Assembly (NCBI GenBank): GCA_965262915.1
Contig: OZ253564.1
Coordinates: forward strand, 2,080,001 to 2,144,000
Reading direction: 5' to 3'
DNA length: 64,000 bases
DNA from: Candidatus Spongiisociaceae bacterium
Lineage (GTDB): Bacteria > Actinomycetota > Acidimicrobiia > Spongiisociales > Spongiisociaceae
Position 1 is the stretch's first letter. The number at the start of each line of letters is the position of its first letter. The translations under genes were made by a program, and so were the position numbers. Below, piece by piece: positions 53,470-62,334 of this stretch. A model generated the notes under the pieces. It was not told the DNA's origin. It did not search any database and worked only from the letters and a program-made list of their open reading frames with translations.

Positions 53470-54093
53470 GTGATCATCCGCCCGCCCGGGTTCCGCGGAG
53501 CAGCCTTCACGACGGCCCAGGCCGGCGATATGTCGTGCGGTGATCGGTCGGCGCTGTCCGCGCGCATTGGAATCCCTGACGAATGGGCCACCCTGCGCCA
53601 GGTTCACGGCGCCGACATCATCGAGGTGACCCGTCCGGGCCGGGAGGGTGACGGCGATGCCCTGGCCACGGCTTGCCCGGAGTTGCCGCTGTCCGTGTTC
53701 ACGGCCGACTGCGCGGGAGTGGTGCTGGAGACCCGCCGGGCCGTGGCGGTCGTACATGCGGGGTGGCGGGGTGCGGCGGCCGGTGTCGTAGCCGAGACCG
53801 CCCGCTACCTGGAATCGCGTTTCGGTGATCGGGTATCGAGGGCCGCTCTCGGTCCTCTCATCGGATCCTGCTGTTTCGAGGTCGGCGACGAGGTGGCCGT
53901 GCGGTTTCCCGGCCGCGAATCCACGACTCGATGGGGGACGGTATCGGTGGATCTTGCAACAGAGATCCGTTCCCAGGCACCCGGCGCCAGTTGGTGGTCG
54001 GTCGATGCGTGCACGCGTTGCGGGGACGGATGGTTCTCGCACCGGGCGACGGGTACCACTCGGCGGATGGCGGCAATAGGATGGATACCGTGA
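53470..54093 (+). CDS. pgeF: PgeF/YlmD laccase-domain protein
   Basis: QVHG, TADC, HAGWRG, FSHR. Confidence 0.88.
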   Translation: MIIRPPGFRGAAFTTAQAGDMSCGDRSALSARIGIPDEWATLRQVHGADIIEVTRPGREGDGDALATACPELPLSVFTADCAGVVLETRRAVAVVHAGWRGAAAGVVAETARYLESRFGDRVSRAALGPLIGSCCFEVGDEVAVRFPGRESTTRWGTVSVDLATEIRSQAPGASWWSVDACTRCGDGWFSHRATGTTRRMAAIGWIP

Positions 54094-54749
54094 GCGTGGC
54101 AACCCGTCTCGGAGAGGTCGAAGAACGGGTGGCGGCGGCCGCCCGCCGGACCGGACGGCGTCCGGACGAGATCGAGCTAGTCGCGGTCGGCAAGGGTCAC
54201 CCGGCCAGGGTGCTCCGGGAAGCCTTCGATGCCGGGCAGAGCACGTTCGGCGAGAGCCGCGCGCAGGAGTTGATGTCGAAGTTCGGTGATCTTCCGACCG
54301 GCGTGGAGTGGCACTTCATCGGCCCGCTGCAAACCAACAAGGTGCGGATCGTGCGCCCCCGCGTGGCGTTGATCCACTCCTTCGACCGGGACCGGCTGGT
54401 GAAGCCATGGACCAGGGGTGCGGGCGACCCCCCCCCGGCGTTGTTGCAGGTGAACATAGGGATGGAGCCACAGAAGCAGGGGATACCCCCCGATCTGGTC
54501 AACGAGACCTTCGACAGATGGGCAGCGGCGGGCATCCGGTTACACGGAATCATGGCGATACCGCCGATGGGCGGGACGAGCGAGGCTGCCCGGCCCTACT
54601 TCGCCAGGATGAGGGAGATCAGGGATCGCCTGTCCGCCCGGGCCGGTAGGCCGCTGGCGCTGAGCATGGGGATGACGGACGACTTCGAGGTGGCAATCGA
54701 GGAAGGATCCACCATGATTCGGGTTGGACGGGCTATCTTTGGCAACTGA
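54081..54749 (+). CDS. yggS: PLP homeostasis protein
   Basis: WHFIGPLQTNK, LSMGMT.D, RVGRAIFG. Start could be GTG at 54090. Confidence 0.93.
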   Translation: MDTVSVATRLGEVEERVAAAARRTGRRPDEIELVAVGKGHPARVLREAFDAGQSTFGESRAQELMSKFGDLPTGVEWHFIGPLQTNKVRIVRPRVALIHSFDRDRLVKPWTRGAGDPPPALLQVNIGMEPQKQGIPPDLVNETFDRWAAAGIRLHGIMAIPPMGGTSEAARPYFARMREIRDRLSARAGRPLALSMGMTDDFEVAIEEGSTMIRVGRAIFGN

Positions 54750-54768
54750 CCCCGATAGCGGAATAGGT

Positions 54769-55320
54769 ATGAGTTCCTTCAACAAGTTCTTGGCATGGAT
54801 GGGGCTGGTGGACGAGACCGAGCACTCGGGCGACCAACCCCGGGATTCGCGCTCGCCCGGCGCCGGCCAACGCCGACCGCCACACCGCCCCCAGGTGCGA
54901 CCTGCGGGCGGTCGGCCCACCGGTGCGATGGGAGGTCGCCAGCTTGCCGAGGCGGCGCCCACGTACCGGCGCCCGCAAACAGCAGTGACGCCGGACCTGA
55001 GTGTGGTGGTGCGACCCGGTGAGCAGGCGGGGTCGATGGTCGGCTATACCGAGACCATCGACGTTCGCAGTTTCGAAGACGCCAAGAGGATGGCCGACCT
55101 GATGCGGGAGAGGATTCCGGTGGTCGTGAACCTCAGGGATACCGATCCCACACTGGTACGGCGGCTGGTCGACTTCTCGAGCGGGCTGGTGTACGCGCTG
55201 GACGGATCGATCCGCAAGGTCGCCGAGGGGGTGCTCCTGGTGAGCCCTCCGCGGGTGAGAATCCTCGAACGCGAGCTTCGCCGCCTGGCCGAACTCGGGC
55301 TCTACGACTTGGACGCGTAG
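54769..55320 (+). CDS. sepF: Cell division protein SepF
   Basis: PVVVNL...RRLVDFSSGLVYALDG. Confidence 0.92.
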   Translation: MSSFNKFLAWMGLVDETEHSGDQPRDSRSPGAGQRRPPHRPQVRPAGGRPTGAMGGRQLAEAAPTYRRPQTAVTPDLSVVVRPGEQAGSMVGYTETIDVRSFEDAKRMADLMRERIPVVVNLRDTDPTLVRRLVDFSSGLVYALDGSIRKVAEGVLLVSPPRVRILERELRRLAELGLYDLDA

Positions 55321-55324
55321 CTTC

Positions 55325-55588
55325 GTGCGGCTGTTCTTCATCATCTGCACGCTCCTGCAGTTGTACGTGTTCGCCATCATTGCCCGGGTCATCCTGAGCT
55401 GGGTGGCGGTGCCCGGCCACCACCCGGTCGGCCGGATAGTGGCCGTCCTCGCCAGGGTGGTCGATCCCCCGCTCCGGTCGATCAGCCGGGCGCTTCCCGC
55501 AATCCCCCTGGGTTCTGTAAGGCTGGATCTGTCCCCGATCGTGCTTCTCGTCGGGGTGACGTTGGTGACGAGGATCATATGCAGGTAG
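55325..55588 (+). CDS. yggT: YggT membrane protein
   Basis: RVILSW...DPPL...LDLSPI. Confidence 0.9.
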   Translation: MRLFFIICTLLQLYVFAIIARVILSWVAVPGHHPVGRIVAVLARVVDPPLRSISRALPAIPLGSVRLDLSPIVLLVGVTLVTRIICR

Positions 55589-55592
55589 AGCG

Positions 55593-56132
55593 GTGCGCCT
55601 GAGTTCGCACGAAGTCGAAGGGGTCAAGTTCGCGGTCACCCTCCGCGGTTACGCAGAGGACGAGGTCGACGCCCTCCTTGACCTCGTCGTGGCCACCATC
55701 GGTGAGTACGAGGATCGTGACGCCAAGGCCTGCAGTGAGATTGAACGGCTCCGGTCCGACATCGACGAATGCCGCAAAGCGCGGCTCCTGGAGATCAGAG
55801 GGCCGAGTTCGGACCGTGATGCCCACGTTGACGTCGAGAACCGGGTGGCAGGCATGCTCGAGGAAGCGGTCAGGACCTCGGAACGGGTGGTCGAGGAGGC
55901 CTTGGAGGCGGGCGAGCACATCCTCGACCAGATCCGAACGGCGTTGGAGCCCTCCTTGCCGGGGGCGGAGCGCGGTCGACCCGACCAGCATGCCGAGGTG
56001 GACCAGAACATCCCCCCGGTCGGTGCCGAGGGCGGGCTCGAGGGGATCATGGAGAGAGATCCGCAGCCCGGACCGTCCGGCCTTGCCTCAGGGCCTCTCG
56101 GACCCGAAGGCCTTTTCGATCGCCACTCGTAG
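55593..56132 (+). CDS. divIVA: DivIVA-domain protein
   Basis: F...LRGY..DEVDALL followed by a coiled coil. Confidence 0.82.
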   Translation: MRLSSHEVEGVKFAVTLRGYAEDEVDALLDLVVATIGEYEDRDAKACSEIERLRSDIDECRKARLLEIRGPSSDRDAHVDVENRVAGMLEEAVRTSERVVEEALEAGEHILDQIRTALEPSLPGAERGRPDQHAEVDQNIPPVGAEGGLEGIMERDPQPGPSGLASGPLGPEGLFDRHS

Positions 56133-59100
56133 GGCGCCGCCACCGATCTTGTAGACGGTGCCCGAGGTCGCCGGCCCGGGGGTGAGCGAGGCGGCCAGTA
56201 TCTCTCCGGCTACGAACCCGGCGTGGCGCACGATGGCGGTCCGGATATCGTGGTCGTCGGTGTGATAGCTGACCTTGATCCGGTCGCTGACCGCCAACCC
56301 CATGTCACGCCGGGTTCGCTGGATCCGGGACACCACCTCCCGAGCCCGACCCTCCGCCGCCAAGTCATCGCTCAGCGCGGTGTCCAACGCTACCGAGAGC
56401 GCTCCGTCCGAAGCCACCACCATCCCCGGACGGGGTCGGCGGGTTATCACCACGTCATCGGTGGTGAGCCGATGGTCGCCGATCACGATCCCACCGGTCT
56501 CGACGAGGATCGACACCTGCGATCCGGGAAGCGAAGCCAGAGCAGCCGCCACCGCTTTCACTTCGGCCCCGAGGCGGGGGCCGAGCCGCCTGAAGTTCGC
56601 CTTGGCACGTAATTCGACCACCGACTGCTCGTCCTCGGAGGTCTCCACGTTCTTGACGTTGAGTTCCTCGGCGATAATCCGACGGTGGCGATCGACTGCT
56701 CGCGCCAGATCCGGGTCACGGCTGACCACGGTCAGGCGGGACAGGGGTTGGCGAACCCCTACCGCGTTGTCGGACCTCAGGAATCGCCCCAGCGTGACCA
56801 CTTTTCGGGCGACCTCCATCGACTTCTCGAGGTCCTCGTCGATCATCTCGGCGTCGACCGTCGGGTAGTCGGTGTGATGAACACTGGTTGCGTCCGGCAC
56901 CAAGCCCCCGTGTAGCTCCTCGGTGATGAAGGGGAGCACCGGCGCCAGGAGACGGCTGAACACCACCAGCACCTCGTAAAGAGTGGCGAACGCCGCCCGC
57001 TTGTCCTGCTCGTGACCTTCCCGGCTTCTCCAGAACCGGCGGCGGGATCTCCGCACGTACCAGTTCGTGAGGTCGTTGACGAACCCAAGGGCGGGGCTGA
57101 CCACTGCGTACAGGTAGTAGCCCTCCATCAGCCGGTTGGTCTGTCCTATCAGTGACTGGAGGACGCTGAGGATCCAGCGGTCGATCTCGGGCCGCTCGGC
57201 GACCGGGGGCGCTCCCCGCAAGTCCTCGAACCCGATCCCGTCCGCTTCCGCATAGGTGGTGAAGAACGAGTAGGCGTTCCACAATGGGAGGATCACGGTT
57301 CGGACCACATCCCGCACTCCCGCCTCCGAGAACCGGAGTGGCTCGGCCCTCAGCACCGGCGAGTCGATCAGATAGGCGCGCACCGCGTCCCCTCCGTAGC
57401 TGTCCAGCATCAGGGAGGGCTCCGGGTAGTTCTTGAGCCGCTTGGACATCTTGCGCCCGTCCTCGGCCAGGATCATTCCGTTCACCACGCAGTTCTGGAA
57501 CGCCACGTCGTCGAACAGGGCGGTTGCCAGGACGTGGAGGGTGTAGAACCAGCCTCGCGTCTGATCGAGACCTTCGGCTATGAAGTCGGCGGGAAACCTG
57601 GCTGGGAACCGGTCTTCGTTCTCGAAGGGGTAGTGAAGCTGGGCGTAGGGCATCGAGCCCGATTCGAACCAGCAGTCGAGGACTTCGGGAACCCGGACCA
57701 TGACACCCGCTCCACGATCGGTCCCGCCCACCGAGCACGACGAGCAGGGATAGGTGATCTCGTCGACCACGTGCTTGTGGAGGTCATCGAGCCACACTCC
57801 CGAGTGTTCTTCGAGTTCCCTACGGCTGCCGATGCACTCCTGATGACCGCAGGTGTCGCACTCCCATACAGGAATGCAGCTTCCCCAGAACCGGTTGCGG
57901 GAGACCGCCCAATCCCGGGCATCCTCCAGCCAGTTACCGAAGCGGTTGGCGCCCACCCGCTCCGGTACCCAATGGATCGACCCGTTGAGTTCGACCATGC
58001 GGTCGCGTATGGCTTCGACCTTGACGAACCAGGTGGGGATGGCCTTGTAGATGAGCGGCTGGTCGGTGCGGTAGCAAAAGGGGTAGGCGTGGAGGATCCG
58101 CTCGCTCTTCATCAGGACTCCGGATCGGCGGAGGAGCCCGATGATCGTGCTCTCGGCCTCGTGGACGTGGAGACCGGCGAGTTCCGGGATGGCATCGGTG
58201 AACCTGGCCTCGAGGTTGACCGGGTCCACCAGCAGGTCCATACCCTGCACCTGCATGGCGTAGAGGTCCTCCTCGCCGTAGGCCGGTGCCATGTGGACCA
58301 GTCCGGTTCCCTCGTCGGTCTTGACGGCCGGGCTAGGGATCACGCGGAAGCCGCCCCGATCCTGTAGGTCCTCGAAGTAGTCCAGAGGGGGCCGGTAGAC
58401 GACACCCAGCAGGTCACGACCCGTCGTTACGGCTACCGGCCGGCGCGGTTCGCCGAAGACCTCCTCGACCCTTGAGGATGCTACCCAGTAGCGGGCTCCA
58501 CCCTCCTCCACCGCCACGTACTCGACATCCTCGCCAACCGCCACCACCAGGTTTCCGGGAAGGGTCCAGGGGGTGGTGGTCCATATGGTGAGGTAGTCCC
58601 CGGGCCGCGCCGGCCCGGCGTCCTCCGGGACCTCGAGCACCTCGAGACGGAGGGTAACGGCCGGGTCGTCGACGTCCCGGTAGCCGCCCAGGCTGACCTC
58701 GAAGTTGGACAGGGTGGTTCCGGCCGCCCAGGAATAGGGCAGGACCTTGAAGGCCCGGTAGACGAGGCCCCTGTCCCACAGCGAACGGAATACCCACCAG
58801 ACGCTCTCCATGAACTCGGGGTCCATCGTCTTGTAGTCGTTGGCGAAATCCACCCAGCGTCCGATCTTCCGGGTGATGTCCTCCCAATCCGCGGTCGTGA
58901 CCTCGACCATCCTGCGGCAGGCCTGGTTGAACTCGACCACACCGAGTTCCTCGATCTGCCGGGGACCGGAGATGCCCAGACGTTGCTCGACCTCCATCTC
59001 GACCGGGAGGCCGTGGGTGTCCCACCCGAACCGCCGCTCGACCCGGTGACCCCGCATGGTCCAGTAGCGCGGCACGATGTCCTTGATTATCCCGGCCAGT

Positions 59101-59312
59101 ATGTGGCCGTAATGCGGGCTTCCCGAGGCGAACGGGGGACCGTCGTAGAAGGTGTACTCCCGATCTGCGGGGCGCATCTCGATCGAGCGACGGAAGGCGT
59201 CGGTCTCGTCCCATCTTTTCAGGACGCGCGCGTCGAGGGCGGGGAGGTCGAGCTTGGGGGCGACCCGGCGGAAGTCGGTGGTCGGTCTCGAGTCCGGATC
59301 GGCTCCGGGCAT
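56088..59312 (-). CDS. ileS: Isoleucine--tRNA ligase (type 2-like)
   Basis: DGPPFASGSPHYGH, WTTTPWT, EGLDQTRGWF, KMSKR. Confidence 0.96.
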   Translation of the reverse strand: MPGADPDSRPTTDFRRVAPKLDLPALDARVLKRWDETDAFRRSIEMRPADREYTFYDGPPFASGSPHYGHILAGIIKDIVPRYWTMRGHRVERRFGWDTHGLPVEMEVEQRLGISGPRQIEELGVVEFNQACRRMVEVTTADWEDITRKIGRWVDFANDYKTMDPEFMESVWWVFRSLWDRGLVYRAFKVLPYSWAAGTTLSNFEVSLGGYRDVDDPAVTLRLEVLEVPEDAGPARPGDYLTIWTTTPWTLPGNLVVAVGEDVEYVAVEEGGARYWVASSRVEEVFGEPRRPVAVTTGRDLLGVVYRPPLDYFEDLQDRGGFRVIPSPAVKTDEGTGLVHMAPAYGEEDLYAMQVQGMDLLVDPVNLEARFTDAIPELAGLHVHEAESTIIGLLRRSGVLMKSERILHAYPFCYRTDQPLIYKAIPTWFVKVEAIRDRMVELNGSIHWVPERVGANRFGNWLEDARDWAVSRNRFWGSCIPVWECDTCGHQECIGSRRELEEHSGVWLDDLHKHVVDEITYPCSSCSVGGTDRGAGVMVRVPEVLDCWFESGSMPYAQLHYPFENEDRFPARFPADFIAEGLDQTRGWFYTLHVLATALFDDVAFQNCVVNGMILAEDGRKMSKRLKNYPEPSLMLDSYGGDAVRAYLIDSPVLRAEPLRFSEAGVRDVVRTVILPLWNAYSFFTTYAEADGIGFEDLRGAPPVAERPEIDRWILSVLQSLIGQTNRLMEGYYLYAVVSPALGFVNDLTNWYVRRSRRRFWRSREGHEQDKRAAFATLYEVLVVFSRLLAPVLPFITEELHGGLVPDATSVHHTDYPTVDAEMIDEDLEKSMEVARKVVTLGRFLRSDNAVGVRQPLSRLTVVSRDPDLARAVDRHRRIIAEELNVKNVETSEDEQSVVELRAKANFRRLGPRLGAEVKAVAAALASLPGSQVSILVETGGIVIGDHRLTTDDVVITRRPRPGMVVASDGALSVALDTALSDDLAAEGRAREVVSRIQRTRRDMGLAVSDRIKVSYHTDDHDIRTAIVRHAGFVAGEILAASLTPGPATSGTVYKIGGGALRVAIEKAFGSERP

Positions 59313-59370
59313 GGCTCCTCGGGGGTAGGCGGCAATGGCGCCGGCCCGTGGCCGGCAGTGGGGGATGGTA

Positions 59371-59475
59371 CTAGGAGGGTGGTCAAGAACCCCTGCCGAC
59401 CTTCTGGTCGATGGCAGAATGCCAGGTCAGCGGACGACGGGCCAACCATCTACCCGTCTCGGGGAACCTTCCTGG
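59371..59475. mobile_element. MITE family 2 copy (inverted) upstream of ileS
   Basis: CTAG-GAGGGTGGT...GAACCTTC-CTGG; homologous to 35127-35229. Confidence 0.72.
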
Positions 59476-59860
59476 TGTCCTGATCCGTGAATCCGTCCCG
59501 GATACCCGGGAATGAACCGTCCATCCCACCCGGCAGGCCTGAGGCGGCCGAGAACGCGAAAAACACCGGACGAGGCCCCTCCCGACGGGCCCTCCCCCAA
59601 CCGCCACCTCCTCGGCTCCGGCCGCGTTCCTCCCTCCCCGAGAGGGTCGGCTTCGACAACATGATCCCTGCCCCGGTCCGGTCGGTACCGGATACGGACC
59701 GGTGGTGTTTGCGGTTACCTACCAGTATGCAACGGGACTGTGACACGGTCAACCCCCTTGTGGCAGCGCGGTCGGTCCAGCGGGGGTTCTGGGGGCGGTT
59801 CGGCGTGGCCATCGTTCACCGACGCGGGTCCTGAACACAGCGAACGAGAGACTCGGGACA

Positions 59861-59955
59861 CCAGTAGTCCGTCTGCGAGATGGCGGTGCGGCTCGCGCCG
59901 ACGGCGGCTTCCTCGTCTGGTCCGTCGACGGGGCGGCCGGTACGGACGCGAGGGA
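59861..59955. mobile_element. MITE family 1, degenerate left-half copy
   Basis: Colinear similarity by eye to 28981-29080. Confidence 0.55.
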
Positions 59956-60074
59956 TCCGGGCGCCCGGTCGGGCCGGACGGCACCATGACCGAGAATCAT
60001 CTCGAGCGCGCTTCCCGGCGGGCTCGCGGTAGCCTGCGATCGTATCGGGGTAGCAGACGGAAGGGGATTGGGGC

Positions 60075-60377
60075 GTGGCCGATCGGATCGAGCAGATGGT
60101 GCGTGACCATCCTCATGGCGTGATCCTCACCGTGCTGGTCACAGCAGGAGCCTCCCGCAGCGAGATCGTAGGTATGCACGGCACCTACCTGCGGGTGCGG
60201 ATAACCGCCCTTCCGCAAGGCGGGCAAGCCAACCGGGCGACCGCCCGGCTGCTGGCGGACGCTTTCGGCTGCCGGGCGGATCTGCTGTCCGGGGCCCGGA
60301 CGCGCATCAAGCGTATGCTGTTGCGGGGCGCCGACCGCACCGCGGTCACTTTGGTCATACGCTCGATGGCCCGCTGA
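60075..60377 (+). CDS. DUF167/YggU family protein
   Basis: LRVRITA.P.GGQAN...LLSGARTR.K. Confidence 0.8.
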   Translation: MADRIEQMVRDHPHGVILTVLVTAGASRSEIVGMHGTYLRVRITALPQGGQANRATARLLADAFGCRADLLSGARTRIKRMLLRGADRTAVTLVIRSMAR

Positions 60378-60451
60378 ACGGTTCGTTGTCCGGGATGAAG
60401 CTCGACGTGCTAGCTTCACTCCTTCCGAAGCAATGCCGGAGGTGGACGAAA

Positions 60452-60829
60452 ATGGCGACTCGTAAGCTGGCCGAGTCGACGCTCGATCGGTTCAAGAGGC
60501 TCCTGTTGGAGAAGGAGCGTCAGTTGGAGGCGGTCATCGCCGACCATGAGGCGGAACGCAGCGAGGTTCGGATGGCGGAGACGGCAGCTGAGCGCAGTCC
60601 GGATCCTGACTCCGCCGATGGTGGTGCCATGGCTTTCGAGTTCGAGAAAGAACTCTCGGTGGACCGTAACACGCGGGACATCCTGGCCCAGGTCCGCCAA
60701 GCGATAATCGCGGTCGAGGATGGAACCTACGGGACGTGTCGGGTCTGCAGCTGTCCCATCCCCGTGGCGCGCCTGAGAGCGCTCCCGCATACGAGCCTAT
60801 GCGTGAAGTGCGCTTCAAGACGGCGCTGA
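60452..60829 (+). CDS. TraR/DksA C4 zinc-finger protein
   Basis: GTYGTCRVC..PI..ARL.ALP...LCVKC. Confidence 0.9.
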   Translation: MATRKLAESTLDRFKRLLLEKERQLEAVIADHEAERSEVRMAETAAERSPDPDSADGGAMAFEFEKELSVDRNTRDILAQVRQAIIAVEDGTYGTCRVCSCPIPVARLRALPHTSLCVKCASRRR

Positions 60830-61278
60830 GCCCTAGGCGTACCAGAGCCGCCCTCATCGGTGGGGTGGTGCTCCTCACCGACCAGATCACCAAGGTCTGG
60901 GCCCGCACCGCTCTGGCGGACCATGACATCCAACTCGTACCGGGATTCCTGCGTTTCCATGTAGCAGATAACCCGGGAGCTGCCTTCTCGCTCTTCCAAG
61001 GTCTCGGTCCGTGGCTCGGATTGGCCGCCATGGTTGCGTCCGCCGTGATCCTGGTGGTGGTCGAGCGAACCGAGACCCGGTTCGAGTTGGCCGGTCTCTC
61101 CCTGATCCTGGGTGGCGCAGTGGGGAACCTGGCGGATCGGATCACGAACGGACCCTGGCTGACCGGTGCGGTAACCGACTTCATCGACTTCAGCTTCTGG
61201 CCGAACTTCAATGTTGCCGACTCGGCAATCACGATCGGAGTGGGAATTCTGTTATGGGCGGCGAAGCGCAGCAGGTGA
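60799..61278 (+). CDS. lspA: Lipoprotein signal peptidase II
   Basis: DQITK, NPGAAF, GNLADR, VTDF, FNVAD. Start uncertain. Confidence 0.93.
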   Translation: MREVRFKTALSPRRTRAALIGGVVLLTDQITKVWARTALADHDIQLVPGFLRFHVADNPGAAFSLFQGLGPWLGLAAMVASAVILVVVERTETRFELAGLSLILGGAVGNLADRITNGPWLTGAVTDFIDFSFWPNFNVADSAITIGVGILLWAAKRSR

Positions 61279-62195
61279 CCGTTCCCGGGTCATTGGACGG
61301 AGCGCGGTTCGACGTAGCGCTTGCCTCTCTGGCCGGGGTGAGCCGGACCAGGGCCCGGAGGTTGATCGAGTCGGGACAGGCCGGCCGGTTACCTCCCACG
61401 GGCAAGCCGGGCGTCCGACCGAACACTCGGGTGACGGCGGGGGATCGGGCCTGGTTCCGTCTGGGAGCCAGGGCCATGCTCCGCCCACTTACGGCCTTTC
61501 TCGACATCCGCTACGAGGATCCCTACCTGGCGGTGGTCAACAAGCCGCCGGGGATGGTGACCCATCCGGGTCCGGGGAATCTCGAAGGGACGCTGGTGTC
61601 GGTCCTCCTCGGCCGTTGGCCCGAGGTGGAGGGCGTCGGGGTGTATCCCCGCTGGGGGATCGTTCACCGCCTCGACAAGGACACCTCAGGGGTTCTGGTG
61701 ATCGCTCGACGGGAAGAGACCCACCGGGCCCTGGCCGCGGCGCTCGCTGCCCGGGAGGTCCGGAGGAACTACCTGACCCTGGTGCACGGCCTCTTCCATG
61801 TCAGTACCGGAACGATCGATGCCCCCATCGACCGCCGCCGGGCTCGACGTTTCGTGGGTCCGGGCGGCAAGCGGGCGGTTACCCACTACCGTCGCCTCGC
61901 GTCGTGGGTCCGGCCTGTGATCAGCCTTCTCGAGGTGACCCTGGAGACCGGCCGTACCCATCAGATCCGGGTCCATCTGGAGTCCATAGGGCGACACCTG
62001 GTGGGCGACCCGGTCTACGGAAAGCCGGCGAGCCCCGGGGTGGACCCCGGCAGGGTCTGGCTGCATTCCCACCGGCTGAGGTTTGCGCATCCGGTCACGC
62101 GAGAGGACCTGGACGTGACCGCGGCCCTCCCCCCGGACCTGCGCGCCGGTCTCGATGCCCTGGGCATCCCGAACTCGGGTACGGTGCCCCGGTAA
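61275..62195 (+). CDS. RluA/RluD-family pseudouridine synthase
   Basis: S4-like N-terminus, VHRLDKDTSG, TGRTHQIRVH. Confidence 0.93.
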   Translation: MTVPGSLDGARFDVALASLAGVSRTRARRLIESGQAGRLPPTGKPGVRPNTRVTAGDRAWFRLGARAMLRPLTAFLDIRYEDPYLAVVNKPPGMVTHPGPGNLEGTLVSVLLGRWPEVEGVGVYPRWGIVHRLDKDTSGVLVIARREETHRALAAALAAREVRRNYLTLVHGLFHVSTGTIDAPIDRRRARRFVGPGGKRAVTHYRRLASWVRPVISLLEVTLETGRTHQIRVHLESIGRHLVGDPVYGKPASPGVDPGRVWLHSHRLRFAHPVTREDLDVTAALPPDLRAGLDALGIPNSGTVPR

Positions 62196-62334
62196 CTCGC
62201 CACCCGGCCTCCGGAAGAGGCGGCGAGAGGCCCCCGATCACTGGCCATCGGCCCTCTGCACGACTAAGGTCATCGGCGACCGGGTGCCCCTGACCGGTGG
62301 CAAAGATCGGCCAAAGGGCAAGGTTCGGGCAAAC

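Noticed and set aside
56088-59312. ileS inverted relative to the dcw cluster as a novel rearrangement
   Set aside because: The divIVA / opposite-strand ileS / dksA-like / lspA / rluA order is, to my knowledge, also present in Streptomyces.
59313-59520. T-box riboswitch upstream of ileS (common in Actinobacteria)
   Set aside because: No GGTGGNACCGCG T-box motif found on the minus strand; the region is occupied by a MITE.
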